A stretch of 64,000 nt of DNA, the filler included, from Sphacelaria rigidula (Eukaryota): assembly GCA_964200075.2 (NCBI GenBank). It is 3 parts of 3 records of this genome, joined end to end, with 100 filler letters (N's around TTAATTAATTAA, not from the genome) between each part and the next. Parts side by side here need not be neighbours in the genome. Positions count along the whole stretch, not along the records: positions 21,440 to 42,769 come from CAXNAA020000434.1; 2 more parts are not named here. One strand, given 5' to 3'. The notes below the pieces were generated by a model. The model did no database searches and had not been told where the DNA came from. It worked only from the letters and a program-made list of their open reading frames with translations. Below are positions 26,034 through 39,082 of this stretch, piece by piece (the stretch's first letter is position 1; each line of letters begins with the position of its first letter). The translations under genes were made by a program, and so were the position numbers.

Positions 26034-28319
26034 GTGAGATGTGAACGCCGTTGCTGCTGTGCCACATGCACGCACTTGTTGCCAAGAACATGGGAAGTAA
26101 AACGAACACTTCCTCCGTCCCATAAGTAAAGTCCGTTATGATCACATCGACCCTTAACCGTGTCCAATGCCGTAGGCGATATATATATATGTCAATCTTC
26201 GTTTTTTTTAGTTGAATTGCGTTTTTTTTTTTCCTGCTTGCGCAGGCAGGATCAAGCGTCCGCGAATGGCCGAAATACGATCAGTCAGCCCAGAAATGGC
26301 CATATTTTGCCCCTTTTCCTTACCACAGAGAAGAACCCTGGAAACACGAAAAACGGCAAAAATCGCGAAAAAAAGTGTAACGGGCTCTTTTTCTCCGGTT
26401 CATCGCTGGCATACGATAGTTATGCCTAGTCCGAAACCACTCATTTACATTGCAGCCTTCGATTACTTCAAAACAAGCCAAATTCGTCGAATTTCGGCCG
26501 ACAATGTACACACAGATTGGCAAAATTGGGTCGAAATTTGGCCATGTTTGACCCGACGATTCTAGGGTTGTACAACTGTAGATCGATCGTTTTGTTTCTG
26601 TTTTTTCCAGTGGCCATCTCCACAACTATATATTTTCAACGAACCTGACCATAACATCGTGAGCACCTCCATTGGCGAGGTACGGCCTATCCCTCATAAC
26701 AGACTTCACTCATGGGACAGAGGAAGTACTATTATAGCTAGGGCTGTGGACTGGCTGCTCTGGCCAGTCAAGTTTAAACTCGCCGCGCCAGCGGCCAGTA
26801 CATCGATATTTTCCCCGTTAATCGGCTTCGCCGATTTCCGCAAACGCTCCCCCCCCCCGGGTGGTGAGGGGGGGCCGCGGGAGCGCCGCCGGAGGCGAGA
26901 AAGATTGCGTTATTTGGCTTGTTTCCTCTTCAAAAGTGTTGGAAATATGTAGTAGAAGATGTGACCCCTCACATAGAGGAGCCAGCTTATAGTCTTCGAT
27001 GGCATTCAAATCCCATTCAAAGTGATGAGCAATTTGAAAATCATTCATCTGTACTATGCAGCAGCAGACTCTCCGTGAGTAAAGGAGGATGCAAACAAGC
27101 CAAGGCTGACAGCACGCGGGGATAAGGTATGCTAAATATATAAAAAATAGCCTTCATTTTTTTGGCGGGGGAGAGGTTCGGGCGTACTCGTAAAAAAATG
27201 GTCGTTTACCATACTAAAACGCCCTAAACCAGTGGAAAAAACAAAAGTGACCCACTGTTTATGGCTCATTATGCCCTACGAGTAGCGAGGTCCCACAAAA
27301 AAAATCAAAACACAAACACCAAACGTGGGCCGTTAAGTGGCCTGCAACATACTGTTCCGAATTTTTGCCGACCCGGTTTTGAAACGGCCCATTCGCAATT
27401 TAATACTTAGAGTTGGACCCTAAAATTTGGTATGGACAATCAATAGGGCACAATAAAAAAAAATGCGTGGACCCCAAGATATATATATACATATATTCAT
27501 GAGTTAAAGGCAATAATCAGTTTTCAGGTTTCAGTAAAATGCCGTTAAATCGTGAAGAAAAAATTGTTGGGTCCATGCATATGTATTATTTATTGTGCCC
27601 GATTGATTGTCCATGCCAAATTTTGGGGGCCAACTCCAAGGATTAAATTGCGAATGGACCGGCAAACTCCAAATCCGCTTCTAGGCTGGCCCAGCTCATA
27701 CCACGAGTACTGTCTGTACTTGTACTGCTGTCAGGTGCAGGCCCCAATTATACTGTAATTTTGTTCGTAATAATGTAAGCATCTTTGTTATAAACTCACC
27801 ACACTAGAATTGGTATAAACATAGCCGGTAACGGCAAACTTCAAATAAACGGGATAAACTGGAGTCCCCATAACCAGTTCCAGTTAAACTCCAGTTCCAG
27901 TTTAGTCGCCAGTACAAGCTGGTCCAGTTCACAGCCCTGATAATATCACTGCGTGCTCTTGTGCCGTATTTGAATATTCGCTGCACGGACCACATAATTC
28001 CAGGATAGCGTCCGTAGCCCTGTGCCTGAAGGTCAGAGAGGATACCTCAAACTCGGTGGAATCTCCGATGCCCGATCGCGTATAACGATGTCGCTAAAAA
28101 TGCCACCTAAAACCAGAAGCAACCCGCACGAACCACCCGGTGCCAGTCCAATGAACAAGTGGAGCACCAGCTATTTTGCTATCTTGCTACGCGCAATCTC
28201 GTACCAAACATACTATAGTTCTGCGTAAAGTGACCGCGTCATGTATCGTGCAATTGTGCTTAGGAATGAGCACGATGCTCCTGGTACTCTGAATTTCCAG
28301 GGAGTTGTCAGTACTCAGT

Positions 28320-28670
28320 GTGTTGTCGCCCCATTTATTCTGGCGCGAGTCTGCACCTTTCGGTATATGTGGGCGCATCAGCCGGGGTCACACACGAGGA
28401 AGGTCAACACTGGAGCTTTTTCTTTTTTATTTGTTTTTTGTACCTTACCTTCCTTCTGTGGTGCTCGCCTTTCTTTTTTATCGCGAGAGAGGTTCAGCAG
28501 TCGCTTTCCCTCGTCGACCGTTAAGTCGACTTTTGTCTACCCACAACATAGTCGCTCTCCACTGTTGGGCATGGTGTCAGAAAAAATCCCAGATCGCTCC
28601 GAGATTTGAATCCCCCTACTCAACCGTCAGAAGATTCCGAGGTTACCAACTGAACCACCGGGGCGACCGG
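28320..28670 (-). mobile_element. tRNA-derived SINE
   Basis: Reverse complement of the 46751/62341 element, ending ...CAACTGAACCACCGGGGCGACCGG on the + strand. Confidence 0.85.
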
Positions 28671-29105
28671 TATTACTCAGTATTCCAGAGTAACTGGAGT
28701 AGTCGATTGCCACCGCAAGTGAGTATTCCAGAGTACCTGGAGGATTATTGAATTTTCCCACGTACTGAGTATTTCAGGTTATACAACAAGGGTATCCACT
28801 GCCGCCGAGATACTGAGTATTCTAGAGTCCCTAGAGTATCGACTACCTAAGAACTGAGTATTCTAGAGTCCCTAGAGTATCGACTGCCTAAGAGCTGAGT
28901 ATTTTAGAGTACCTGGAGTACTGAATCCTCGAGAGTACTGACTGCTGAGTATTCCAGAGTACCGACGACTTTCAATTACTGGGTATTCCAGGGTATAACT
29001 GGAGTATGTAATAGACCGCCGAACGTACTGAGTATTCCCAAGTACACAGGTTATCCACTTCTGGTGACATAACGGAGTATTTCAGCGTGTCTCGAGTATC
29101 GAGTG
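28670..29105. repeat. TACTGAGTATT/GGGTACCC-array repeat (related copies ~42135-42490 and 47390-47735)
   Basis: Degenerate ~40-bp units; GAACTCGCCCCCCGAA-like segment shared between 42200 and 47595. Confidence 0.7.
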
Positions 29106-29296
29106 CCGACAAGTCTTAGAAACTCCTGTGAGGCCGAGGCTCACCATACCCCCCCAAAATGCGATTATTTGCTGGTTGGTCGTAAATGTATAGTAGATAA
29201 TCGCGCTGATGATCAACCATGCGCTCTCAAGAGAGTGCAGTCCACGCATACCCCAGACCGGTCACAGCTAGTCCACAACACTACAGTGCAGTGGTA

Positions 29297-29657
29297 CAGT
29301 GCCGGGCCGCTCATAAGAAACAGCTATTTTAAGCGGACTCAAAACCTAACTTTGTCAGCCGATACGAGCGCTACTTCTTATATATTTCACCATTTCTTGT
29401 GTCTTGCCGAGAAAATTATATATATTTCTTATTTTGGTCATTTCTTATTCCCACCCCAGCAATTTCTCCATGTTTCTTACACCAGCTATCCTTTATACAT
29501 ACGAACTTTCATGGCATGAAATTGATCAATTTCCTGCCGCTCAATTTTTTACCATGTCCCATCTTTCGAGCTCATTTTTTAGGCAAATTTCTTTTTTTTT
29601 CGATAATCTTGGGCTCAATTTTTTACACAGGCATTTCGTATGAGCGGGTCGGCACTG
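29297..29657. mobile_element. Tc1/mariner(pogo)-type MITE
   Basis: TA|CAGTGCCGGGCCGCTCATAAGAAA ... TTTCGTATGAGCGGGTCGGCACTG|TA: inverted termini with a TA duplication. Confidence 0.85.
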
Positions 29658-30519
29658 TAGTCGATTACAGTACAGCGCAGCAGAGCACTGCAACCGCACT
29701 GAAAACCGCAGTCCTACAAAATATACCGATCTATGTCTAACGCTGTCACCGACAGATGAAATTGTTTGCTTCCTGAACATGTGATTCCCAGCTCGGTGTC
29801 AGGGCAACGGCGACGTGCCTCGGGGGGTGATAGCCGACAACGAGCATAAAATACAACAGCACAGCATAGCACAGCACAGCGCAGAGCACAGTACAGTTAT
29901 CGGAGAGATGTAAGCCGATCCATGTTTGCACCAGTTTGTGTGCAGTGGTGCTGGCGGCTTGTGCCCCCGATCACGCTGCTGCCAACCGTGGCTGGACGGG
30001 TACGGAAGAGTGGCAGACTCTGCCATTACTGCACCTTGCAGTCATTGCGTACTCCCCATTCACTTCATTCCCCACGTGCTTGTTGCTGTTGTTATGTTGG
30101 ACGGGCCTGCTTTGATTTGTGTCAACAGAGGGGGTGGTGAACTTGGGTTCTTGGATACCTTTCTTGTACTCTACAACCAGCTGATGGATATCGCACAAAA
30201 CAAATGGCGATATTTCCATACTACAATCAAGTAATAGATATATACCTATGCCATCTGAACACCACATCGTATCATGTTTGCCTCGGCACCAGTACGTGAT
30301 TATAGTATAGGATAGGTCTTGCTATGTTATCACCTCTGCAAGCTTGTTTTTCTGTGTGGAGAGAAAAATGCGCGTTTTTGATTGCTGGCCGCTTCATCTT
30401 TCCACCCTCTGCTCATGTGATTGGTTTTCAAGCACCACCACCAGAAACTCAAAAAAATGTACGCCAACGCTACATTTATGTTGCACTAGCACGCCCTGGG
30501 GCCCAAACTACTGAGTATT

Positions 30520-32233
30520 CCACACCCTGAACAATACAATATGTTTTCAATATAATTGGTCGATCATACTGGAACTCTGCGATATATTGCCGGCGTAATA
30601 TATATTGGTGCCCTCGGACTGCACACGTACTGCGCGCCCAATATACGTTGATGTCGTGGGACTGCATACATATTGGCCGCCCAATATATATTGGAACGAT
30701 GGGATTGCACACATATTGCCCCCCCAATATATATATATATATATTGGGGCAGTGTGGGCGACGACATGTTGGACGATCAATATATATTAGGGTCGCATTG
30801 GTGAGAACATGTTGACCGGTCAATATATATTGGGGCCGCGTGGGTATCAATGTATTGGCCGGTCAATATATATATATATATATTTATATTGGATATTTTA
30901 AATTTGTGGCACGCTTTGAGGAAGATCCAGACGCGATGGATGCCGGAGCCCGTGAAGATTGGCAAAAGCTTAAAAGGAAGTCGCAGAAGTTGGCGTGCAT
31001 TGCTACGGAGAGTTGTCGAATGCGTTTGAGATATATTTACATATATTGACCGGAAAATATGGTGACAGAAGAGGCCACCCAGTATATATGCCTTCTAATA
31101 CCTATTTGGCCACCGGTGCGGTGCCACCAACCCCCTTCACGGTATGTAATATATGTTAGCTAAACAGGACGGCGGCAGAAAACGCGGGTCGATATGCGTC
31201 TTTTGGTACCTCTCTGGTCTCGGGTGCCGTGTTTCTTATACCCCTGACAATACAATATGTTCCAGTATGATACCAATACTTTGTATTGGAGACAGCGCAA
31301 CTATCGTCATTTCAATACATTTTGTGTTGAGATGTCCTCGGGGACATTGAAGCGACAACATATATTTCTCGTGTCACGATCGTGGAGTCATGCATGACAA
31401 TATATATACGGTATATATATATTGGACATGCATTTGCTCCGGAAGCGAAATATTCAATATGTATTGTGCATGCCGGCTGGGTATGTAAAGAAGTGTCAGA
31501 ATATATTGAGTCGAAGCGAGGCGTAACATATCGTTGTTAAAATATATATTGAGCACATACCATGTAAGAGTTTTTTCTTTTGAATATACATTGCGCATTT
31601 TCATCACATAGCTATTATTGTGCAGCCAATCTATATTGAACACGCTCGCGGAGTTATATATTGAGCGTTTTCGGCATCTGGTGATACCTCTTTCAATGGC
31701 GCCCGCTAACATAAAACTGCCCACCATACTAATTCCAATATCCTTTCCAATTCACATGTTGAATCGTCGATAGGTATGGCTACACCATTATGTATTGTGA
31801 CCGTCGGTTCCCTCATGTATTGTCTGCCCATATTTTATTGGACGCATTGACGCACGACATATTGGGGCGGCAATATATATTGGCGCTTCGGGTGTAGAGT
31901 ATATTGAATCGTCGATATATTTAGACCTCATGTGGCAGCCAACATGTAAATCCACAAATATATATTGATGCCTTACCGCACCAACATATTACTCGGCCAA
32001 TATGTATTGCGGTGGCGCGTGTTGTGATATATTGTTCGGTCGATGTATATTGCATGTCGCGAGCCTTGGCATGTTGATGGCATAATATATATATATATAT
32101 ATTGACCTGTCTCTCGTGCCATCATATTGCTCGCCCAATATACATTGACCTCCCGCCGCGTCGACATGTTGAGCGAGACATATATATATATATATATATA
32201 TATGTAATACATATTGTATTGTTCAGGGTGTGG
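30520..32233. mobile_element. TIR element with ATATATTG/CAATATAT arrays and (AT)n tracts
   Basis: Perfect 24-bp inverted termini CCACACCCTGAACAATACAATATG / CATATTGTATTGTTCAGGGTGTGG. An extra left-terminus copy lies near 31240. Confidence 0.85.
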
Positions 32234-32574
32234 TGTGTCCCTGCTGTGTTCGTCGTGTCTTGCGGAACTTTTCCCATCCGAGTGATATCGCGTAGCACCC
32301 CCCAAACCGGCGCTAAACTGCAACCAAAAACTGGGTATACAGCGCATGTTAGTGGCTTTCAGCCCGCATGAGGCGCCTCATGAGTGTGATATTGGCGAAA
32401 ATGATCCTAAGCGTGGGAGTTCCGAGCTGCTCGGTGTGCTGGGCTTCTGTCATTTTGATTCACATCCATGTTTCAAGTGATGAAGAAACGAGAAGCCAAA
32501 TCAACAATTGAATCGCTGGAAACCACGAATATATTAGACTATGAACCGATGGTGCCATAGATAAACAATACTGT

Positions 32575-32673
32575 TATTACTAGAGGTATGTCAAACTCGA
32601 GATTCTCGGCGTTTTTCACGGTAAGTTACGGGTGAACATATCGGGAACCTCGAGTTTGACATACCTCAAATAA
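32575..32673. mobile_element. ~95-bp hairpin MITE (older copy at ~15300-15392)
   Basis: GAGGTATGTCAAACTCGAG and CTCGAGTTTGACATACCTC form a perfect 19-bp inverted pair. Confidence 0.7.
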
Positions 32674-32955
32674 TGGCGAATGCGGGGACACGGGGAAACG
32701 CACAACAGCACGATTTTGAGGGGTGAAACGACGACGGGAGTATTTTTTACACAAAAGCGAAAGAGTGGAGGTAACGCAAAGACGTGCAAGCCTCACATGT
32801 CAGCACAAACCACAACTCTGCGTAAACGTGCGGCAGAATAGTCGAGCGTACAGCAGAGCACAATCATCGGCATAAGCACACTATACAAGTATTCCCCAGA
32901 GCACAAGACAGTCAGGTGAGGTTTCCTCTTTCCTCCAAAGAAAAAAACTACGGTG

Positions 32956-33941
32956 CAGTGGGGGCCACGGTTGAAGAGGGCCCAGCTTGAGAGCATCGCC
33001 GGTTTAGAAGAGGTAAAAAAATCTTCGCACACCACTCTCTTGAACCGAACCCTGGTTCCGCTTAAACCGGACAGATTCTCTTGAATCGAACTCTGTTTTC
33101 TCTTAAACCGGACCCACTCCCAACCCCCCCGCTCTTTTACTGTACAGAACTGTAGCCCGAAAAGTAACATCTCAGTACGTTCAGCAGTTGTAAGACAAAA
33201 ACAGCTTAGAGCTCCACTGGCTTCAAGCACGATGCCTTGCGCGGCGAGTATTACAGTGTTTGTACAAGAGTATTACAGCAGAGAGGTGCAAGATGGCGAA
33301 GGTGTCGTACCATGTTCGTAAGGCCAAGCTGGCCTGGATGAACGAGTTTGAGCCAAGGAAAACAAAACAAACTTGCAAGGCAGACCTCATGTAGCGTTGC
33401 AGAAGCTGCCGATGAGCGCATGTCATATGTTTGTTGCTGGGTAGGACGAGTGTAGGTACTTGAGTTTCACTGGTGGTGAGAGTAGGACTTGTACAGCAGC
33501 GGAGTACAGTACAGTTTGTGTGGTTTTCTGTCTTTTTGCGTTATTTTGTTTTTTGCTTCCGAGATGTGACGTGTGTGTGGCGCGCATGTTGTGTTGGGTT
33601 CGCCGCTCTGTTCAGATGATGTGGGGATAACTTCGATACCGCGGAATATATTGATTTCTCCACAACAAGGGGGGATCGTGCCGGATGTGGGTCTCGTAGT
33701 GCACAACATTATTGTGAAAACCATATGAAATGCTCGTTTAACATTTTGATTCGGCACCACGGCACAAGTGGCCCTTCAAAGACCGTTCAGAACCCATATA
33801 TTCGGTTCAAGAGACATTTTCTCTAAAACCGACTGTTCGGTTGAGGAGAAAACCTTTCTTAAACCGGCTTAGTAGAAGGTCGTGTTTAAGAGAGGTTTTC
33901 TCGACCTGCCACACCCCTCTCTTAAACCGTGACCCCCACTG
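32956..33941. mobile_element. Tc1/mariner(pogo)-type non-autonomous element
   Basis: TIRs CAGTGGGGGCCACGGTTGAAGAG / CTCTTAAACCGTGACCCCCACTG|TA, with subterminal AAACCG/TTAAGAG repeats. Confidence 0.75.
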
Positions 33942-34899
33942 TACATGGTACACAGCACCGTCTCACCGTCCCAGAGCAGAAGCAAGGTCGACACAAATAC
34001 AGGGCACTTATTGTGCTGAAAATACCGCGGGAAACATGACACGAACGGACCGCACATGCGCAAAGATTGGTAAAATTACCCTCGACCCCTCAAGTTTTCG
34101 GAAAACCCCCTCTAGAGCGTTTTTTAGTTCAAGAACAATCCGCCGCACCTCAAGGTTTTGCGAGAACACATGTTCACAAGTGTTCAAGTTTTCGACAAGC
34201 AGCACGCACCCCACCCGCTCTCCAAACAAGGAAACAATCCTCATACCCTCACACTGCGTGCGTGTGTCACGTGCTGTCTTGTGCTCTGTTGGCGTGCCGG
34301 TAATGCGGTAGGTGTGTACAACGATACAGTACTGGCCACGAGCAATACGAGCAGAGCAGAAGGCCCCCCACAAAGGGCCCGTGCAGAAAAGGTGTCAAAA
34401 GTACCGCGGAACCTCTCTCTTCCTTGAAAAGACACTCGCAAGTGTTTTTCATTCACGGGCGGCATGCACCCCACACGCTTTCCATACGAGGAGACAAACC
34501 TAATACCGATAAACTATGTGCGTGTATCATGTGCTATGTTGCTCTCTGTGCAATGTGGGGTACCGACTCATCGATAATAGTAGAGGAGAGAGTTCGAAGG
34601 GGCCGCAATCAGGATCTGTGCAGGAGCTATGTTGTAAACATCGCTGATTTTCCCTCTTCGGCAAGGAGCGCTCACCGGTGTTGATGTTTTCAAAGACAAC
34701 ACCCACCCCACCGGCTTGGCTCTCCAATCAAGGGAACACACCTAACGCCCATGAATTATGTACGTGTCTCATGTGCTAAGTTGTGCTGTCGAAGCGTGTG
34801 GGCAACGCTGTAGATAGGTGCAGCATCACAGTACCGGCTTAGAGCAAGAACAGAGGGGACTTTGAAGGCTTGCAAAAACGCAGGGCTTCTCACGTGGCG

Positions 34900-35740
34900 A
34901 AATATCTCGCGGGATAAACGCGGGACTCGTCCCGCCGTTTTTCAAAGAGCGGACTTTCCGTCCCGTCCCGTCGTTTTTCCCGGGGCTCACTTTCCGTCTC
35001 CGTCCCGTCCTCGCACATTCGCCAAAATATCTGTCCGGTCACGCATTTTTACCGGGAGCGGGCAACTTCCCGTCTCATCCCGTCGATTTTCGGGGGGACG
35101 GGAAAAGTTGCCGTCCCGTCGCGACCCCGTCCTGGTTTTTTCCGTTTCCGTCCCTACCTCACGAGACCTTCGTGGCTGTTTCGCGTTGCGCCTCACGGGA
35201 GTTTCCGCTCCGTCCCCACAAGATGTCCCATGAACGGAACGGGAAATCCTGCCCAATCTCACTGGAAAATGAATATATCTTGGGGTGTATTTGCATATTT
35301 GCCGATGCGAGTCATGCATATCACGAAAAAAATCCAAACCTGCGATTCTTTTGATTGCCGATGCGTGAAGGCGTCGCTTACACAAGTTTCTGTAGCAGCG
35401 CACTTCGGGGTGGCTACGCAAGATATCCGTGACGATGGGACGGGGCAACGCGGGAATCTCATGAAGAGGTCTTCATTTTCCCGTAGAGATGGGACAGAAC
35501 AGGACTGGAATCTCGCGGGATGGTTTTTACTCTTTCTCGTGACGATGGCACAAGACGGGGATTTCACGTTCCGTCCCGTTCCGACACTTCGTTTCCCGTC
35601 CTGTTCCGTCCCGTCGTATTTTCGTAGGCGTGCTTCCCGTCTCATCCCGTCATTTGTTGCGATAAATCGGGAATTTTCAAGTTCCGTCCCGTCGCCTTCG
35701 AGAGGACGGGAAATCTCGTCCCATCCCGTTTTACCGTGAA
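34900..35740. repeat. CCCGT/ACGGG-array repeat family copy (another fragment at ~55500-55620)
   Basis: Same CCCGTCCCGT / GGGACGGGAC motif arrays as at 23.7-25.0 kb. Confidence 0.7.
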
Positions 35741-36199
35741 AAGTCCGGCAAAGCAGACCCATGCAAAAGAATTTCTGAAAAATCTACCACTGACCTGCCC
35801 TTTTTCTTCGAACAAAAACGAGCGTCTACACAAAATCAGCTACCACCCGACCCGCTCTCCAAACAGACAAGCAAACTGAGCACACCCAAGCCAACGCGTC
35901 ATGTGATACCTCAACTGCCGAGTAGATGAACAACCACTGTCACTGCTCGACAAGAAACAAGTCACCGTCTCCACCATTCTCTTGACCCAATATGGCGTGT
36001 GCTGTGTGTCTATTGTGTGCTATGTGCCGCTGTACGTCATGCATATATGTCTAACTAAGATTACGTGTGAACGCTCCCGTGCAAGCGGGATAATTAGACG
36101 TACTCTCAAAACAGTACACTTCACAAACCCCTTCAGCTCCACGTCACCCTGCGACATTTTTCATTGTCGAAAGCTTGATGAGACAGTGCGATGTTTTTC

Positions 36200-37935
36200 C
36201 ATCACCGTTCACCTTCGACGAGGACGAGATTCGATCTTTGACCCAAGCAGTCAGTGCCTGAAAGTAAGCGCGTAATAGGCAATACGCGGAACCCTGATGG
36301 TGGATCTGACACTTTCATTCTGAAAAACGGAAATTTGATTCTGAAAAACGGAATTTTCAACTTTATATGTGTACACGATGAATACAGGATACGCCAGAAC
36401 GCAACAAGAGCGTCTCTGTTCCCTTCGGGCTAGAGTTTTCTTTGGACCATGTCGCTGTATATGTATAGTATGTGTGTGTGTGCCTGTATTGTGCAAAACA
36501 CAAATTGACGTGAGGTTAATCAGGTAGTGCAACGTTTTCTCAACCACCGTTCACCTATTTGTTGCTGCCTGTTTGTAGACTTCCGCACGGTGCTTTTGGT
36601 CGCCCTTTCTGTGTTCCTTAGATTCGATTTCCCGGGGTTCGAGGTTTGGTGAATTCAACAGCCGATTTGCCGCGGTTCGGTATCACCGTTCACCTGTTTG
36701 TTGTTGCCTGTTTGCAGACTTCCGCACGGCGCTTTTTTCGTCGGCCTTTCTGTGTTCCTTAGATTCGATTTCCCGGGATTCGGGGTTCGGTGAATTAACA
36801 ACAGCCGATTTGCCGCGGTTCGGTGAATGATGGAGCCGAATTTTATTGTCTCTGTCCTGGGGTGAGGGGATCTGAGGAAATGGACGGAAACAATGGTTGG
36901 TACCATGTAGATGCTGCCAACCCTAACGCTAACGCTAACCCTAACCTCGACCAAGGCATACCAAAAACCCTCGGGCAGGGGGTGTGCAAGGTGTCCCGCA
37001 GGCAAAGTGTGCGTTGCCAGAGCTCAAATCGACGTCTTTCAGCCGGTTTTGGACCAAAATACGTTGTGGACGAGCTGGGTCTACTGTTCACCACCGCTCA
37101 CCTACCCCAGACCATAGTTTTTCTCAGAACTTTCTTCGGTCTAAAATCAAGTAAATTCAAGTGCCGACCATTGTTCACGCACATTTCGTAAGGTCTTCTG
37201 CCTGGGGTTCAGGATTCGGTGAATTTAACAGCCGATTCGCTCCATCCCCGTTCACCTTCGACACGGGCGAGATTCTACCTTCGAACCAAGCTTTCAGTGC
37301 CTGCAAGTATGCGCGTAATATGCAATATTCGAAACCCTGATGGTGGATCTGACACTTTCATTCTGAAAAACGGAAATTTAATTACGAAAAATGAGATTTT
37401 CAACTTCACATGCGAGCCGTGCTACGGTAGGGGTGCACATTTTTGGCGAAAATATTTCTCGGCGTGTTGGACGGGTCATTTTGAGAATGGGCATCATCAG
37501 TTTTACTTGAAAAATACTGAAAATGATGCCGATTCACGAAAACGCCTCTGCGTACATCTCCATGTCCGGTCCCTGAAGATTTGGATTGCACAGTAAGCCC
37601 CATATATTTGGGCTCCTACAAAAAAGTGACTCAGAATCAAAAAGTGCAACCCCTATGATCGTAGCATGGCTTATGCATTCCCGATAACTACAGGAGTCAC
37701 CAGAACGCAAGAAGAGCCTCTCTGTTCCCTTCGGGCTAGAGTTTTATTTCGACCGTGTCGCTGTATATGTCTGGTATGTGTGACTGTATTGCGCAAAACA
37801 TATAATAACGTGGGGTTGATCAGGTAGTGCAATGTTTTCATCACCGTTCACCTATTGTTGTTTGTTGTTGCCTGTTTGTAGACCTCCGCACAGCGCTTTT
37901 TTGGTCGGCCTTTCTATGTTTCTTAAATGCGATTC
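36200..37935. repeat. Internally duplicated repeat block with short degenerate telomere-like (CCCTAA/CGCTAA) run at 36921-36946
   Basis: 36200-36620 is repeated at 37250-37410 plus 37700-37935; there is a ~140-bp tandem pair at 36545-36830. Confidence 0.8.
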
Positions 37936-39044
37936 TTCAATGGACGTCCTCGGTTGAGCTTTCTTCATGCATTGTCGGTGTACAGGTAGAGGTTGATACG
38001 CAGATTTCGAGAGATATTTCACCTTGCATTTTGTACAAGAAAATATTGCTTCTTCGTAAGCAAGATACATACTGGGGGTGCGACACAGGTTGTTTCGCGA
38101 AGGTTTCCTGGTGTGCCTTTACTTCTAACAACGTTTTCGTGAAATTGAGGGTAGAGCGCTGATTGAGAGCGGCTTTGATCGTTCGCTTTAACTTTGCCAA
38201 TTTTTCATTCCGTGTGTGCTCTCCTTTGCCTCCATTACTGGCCTGTGCTCACAGCTACACCTCGAGATCCTACTCAAGGGTGTCAAGGGCCTCAGCGGTG
38301 AGCTACTACAGAAAGCATATCGGGCCTTGTGGAGGGGCATTTCGGAACTGAAACGATTGATTAACTAATTGGCCGCTTTTCACTCTCAATCGCATCCTCT
38401 ACTCTCAACATCAAGGAAACGTTGTTTTTTCCGTCTTGACTTTGTGCAGGTGTTTGCCAGCAGTTTTTTGGGGGGGGAAACGTCTTCCCATCAGACTTTT
38501 TGCTCGCGAGGGATTTCGTCCATGTGGTCCGTCACAACCTCAGCATATGAAGTCGCGTTTTTTTTCTTACCTAAGAAATAAAGTTTATTTCGTGTAGTGA
38601 CGAATGTTCAATATGTATATGTTGCAGCGCATTTCAACAAACTGTTGCAAATAGAGATGTTGCTCTTTCGTAAGCAATATATCAACTTCTGAGCAAACTC
38701 CTACTGTTAGAGAACGATTCAACTTTTTTCTCCGTGTTTCAGCTTTTTTTTTTTGAGAACGCATTGTTGTCTATGACACATTCGGGTGTTCCTCGTTCTT
38801 CACAATCTAAAAACGATCTTCAATATTCAGTGTGTATCATCCACCATTCCGCGCTCTCAACGTTCGCGTTCCTTGATTCCAATCATGCCACACCTATGCC
38901 GGGTCTTCCTTCTTCTACTCATCACATATAACACAGTTCCATAACCGTTACACACATCAGATATCTGGCACAACCTCTTGGTAGGGGTCATTACCTTTGT
39001 CATCTCCCTAATTAAATTAATTATTTTCCTCGCCTATCCTGGAG

Positions 39045-39082
39045 GACGGGGCCGCCTATGGGCGGCCCCGTCATATCCTTGT
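39045..39082 (+). mobile_element. Helitron-like 3' terminus
   Basis: Perfect 12-bp GC-rich hairpin GACGGGGCCGCC-TATG-GGCGGCCCCGTC followed by ATATCCTTGT and (AT)n. The same terminus with a collapsed hairpin lies at 57188-57212. Confidence 0.6.

Noticed and set aside
36921..36946. Telomere
   Set aside because: Only about four degenerate CCCTAA/CGCTAA units, embedded inside a dispersed repeat.
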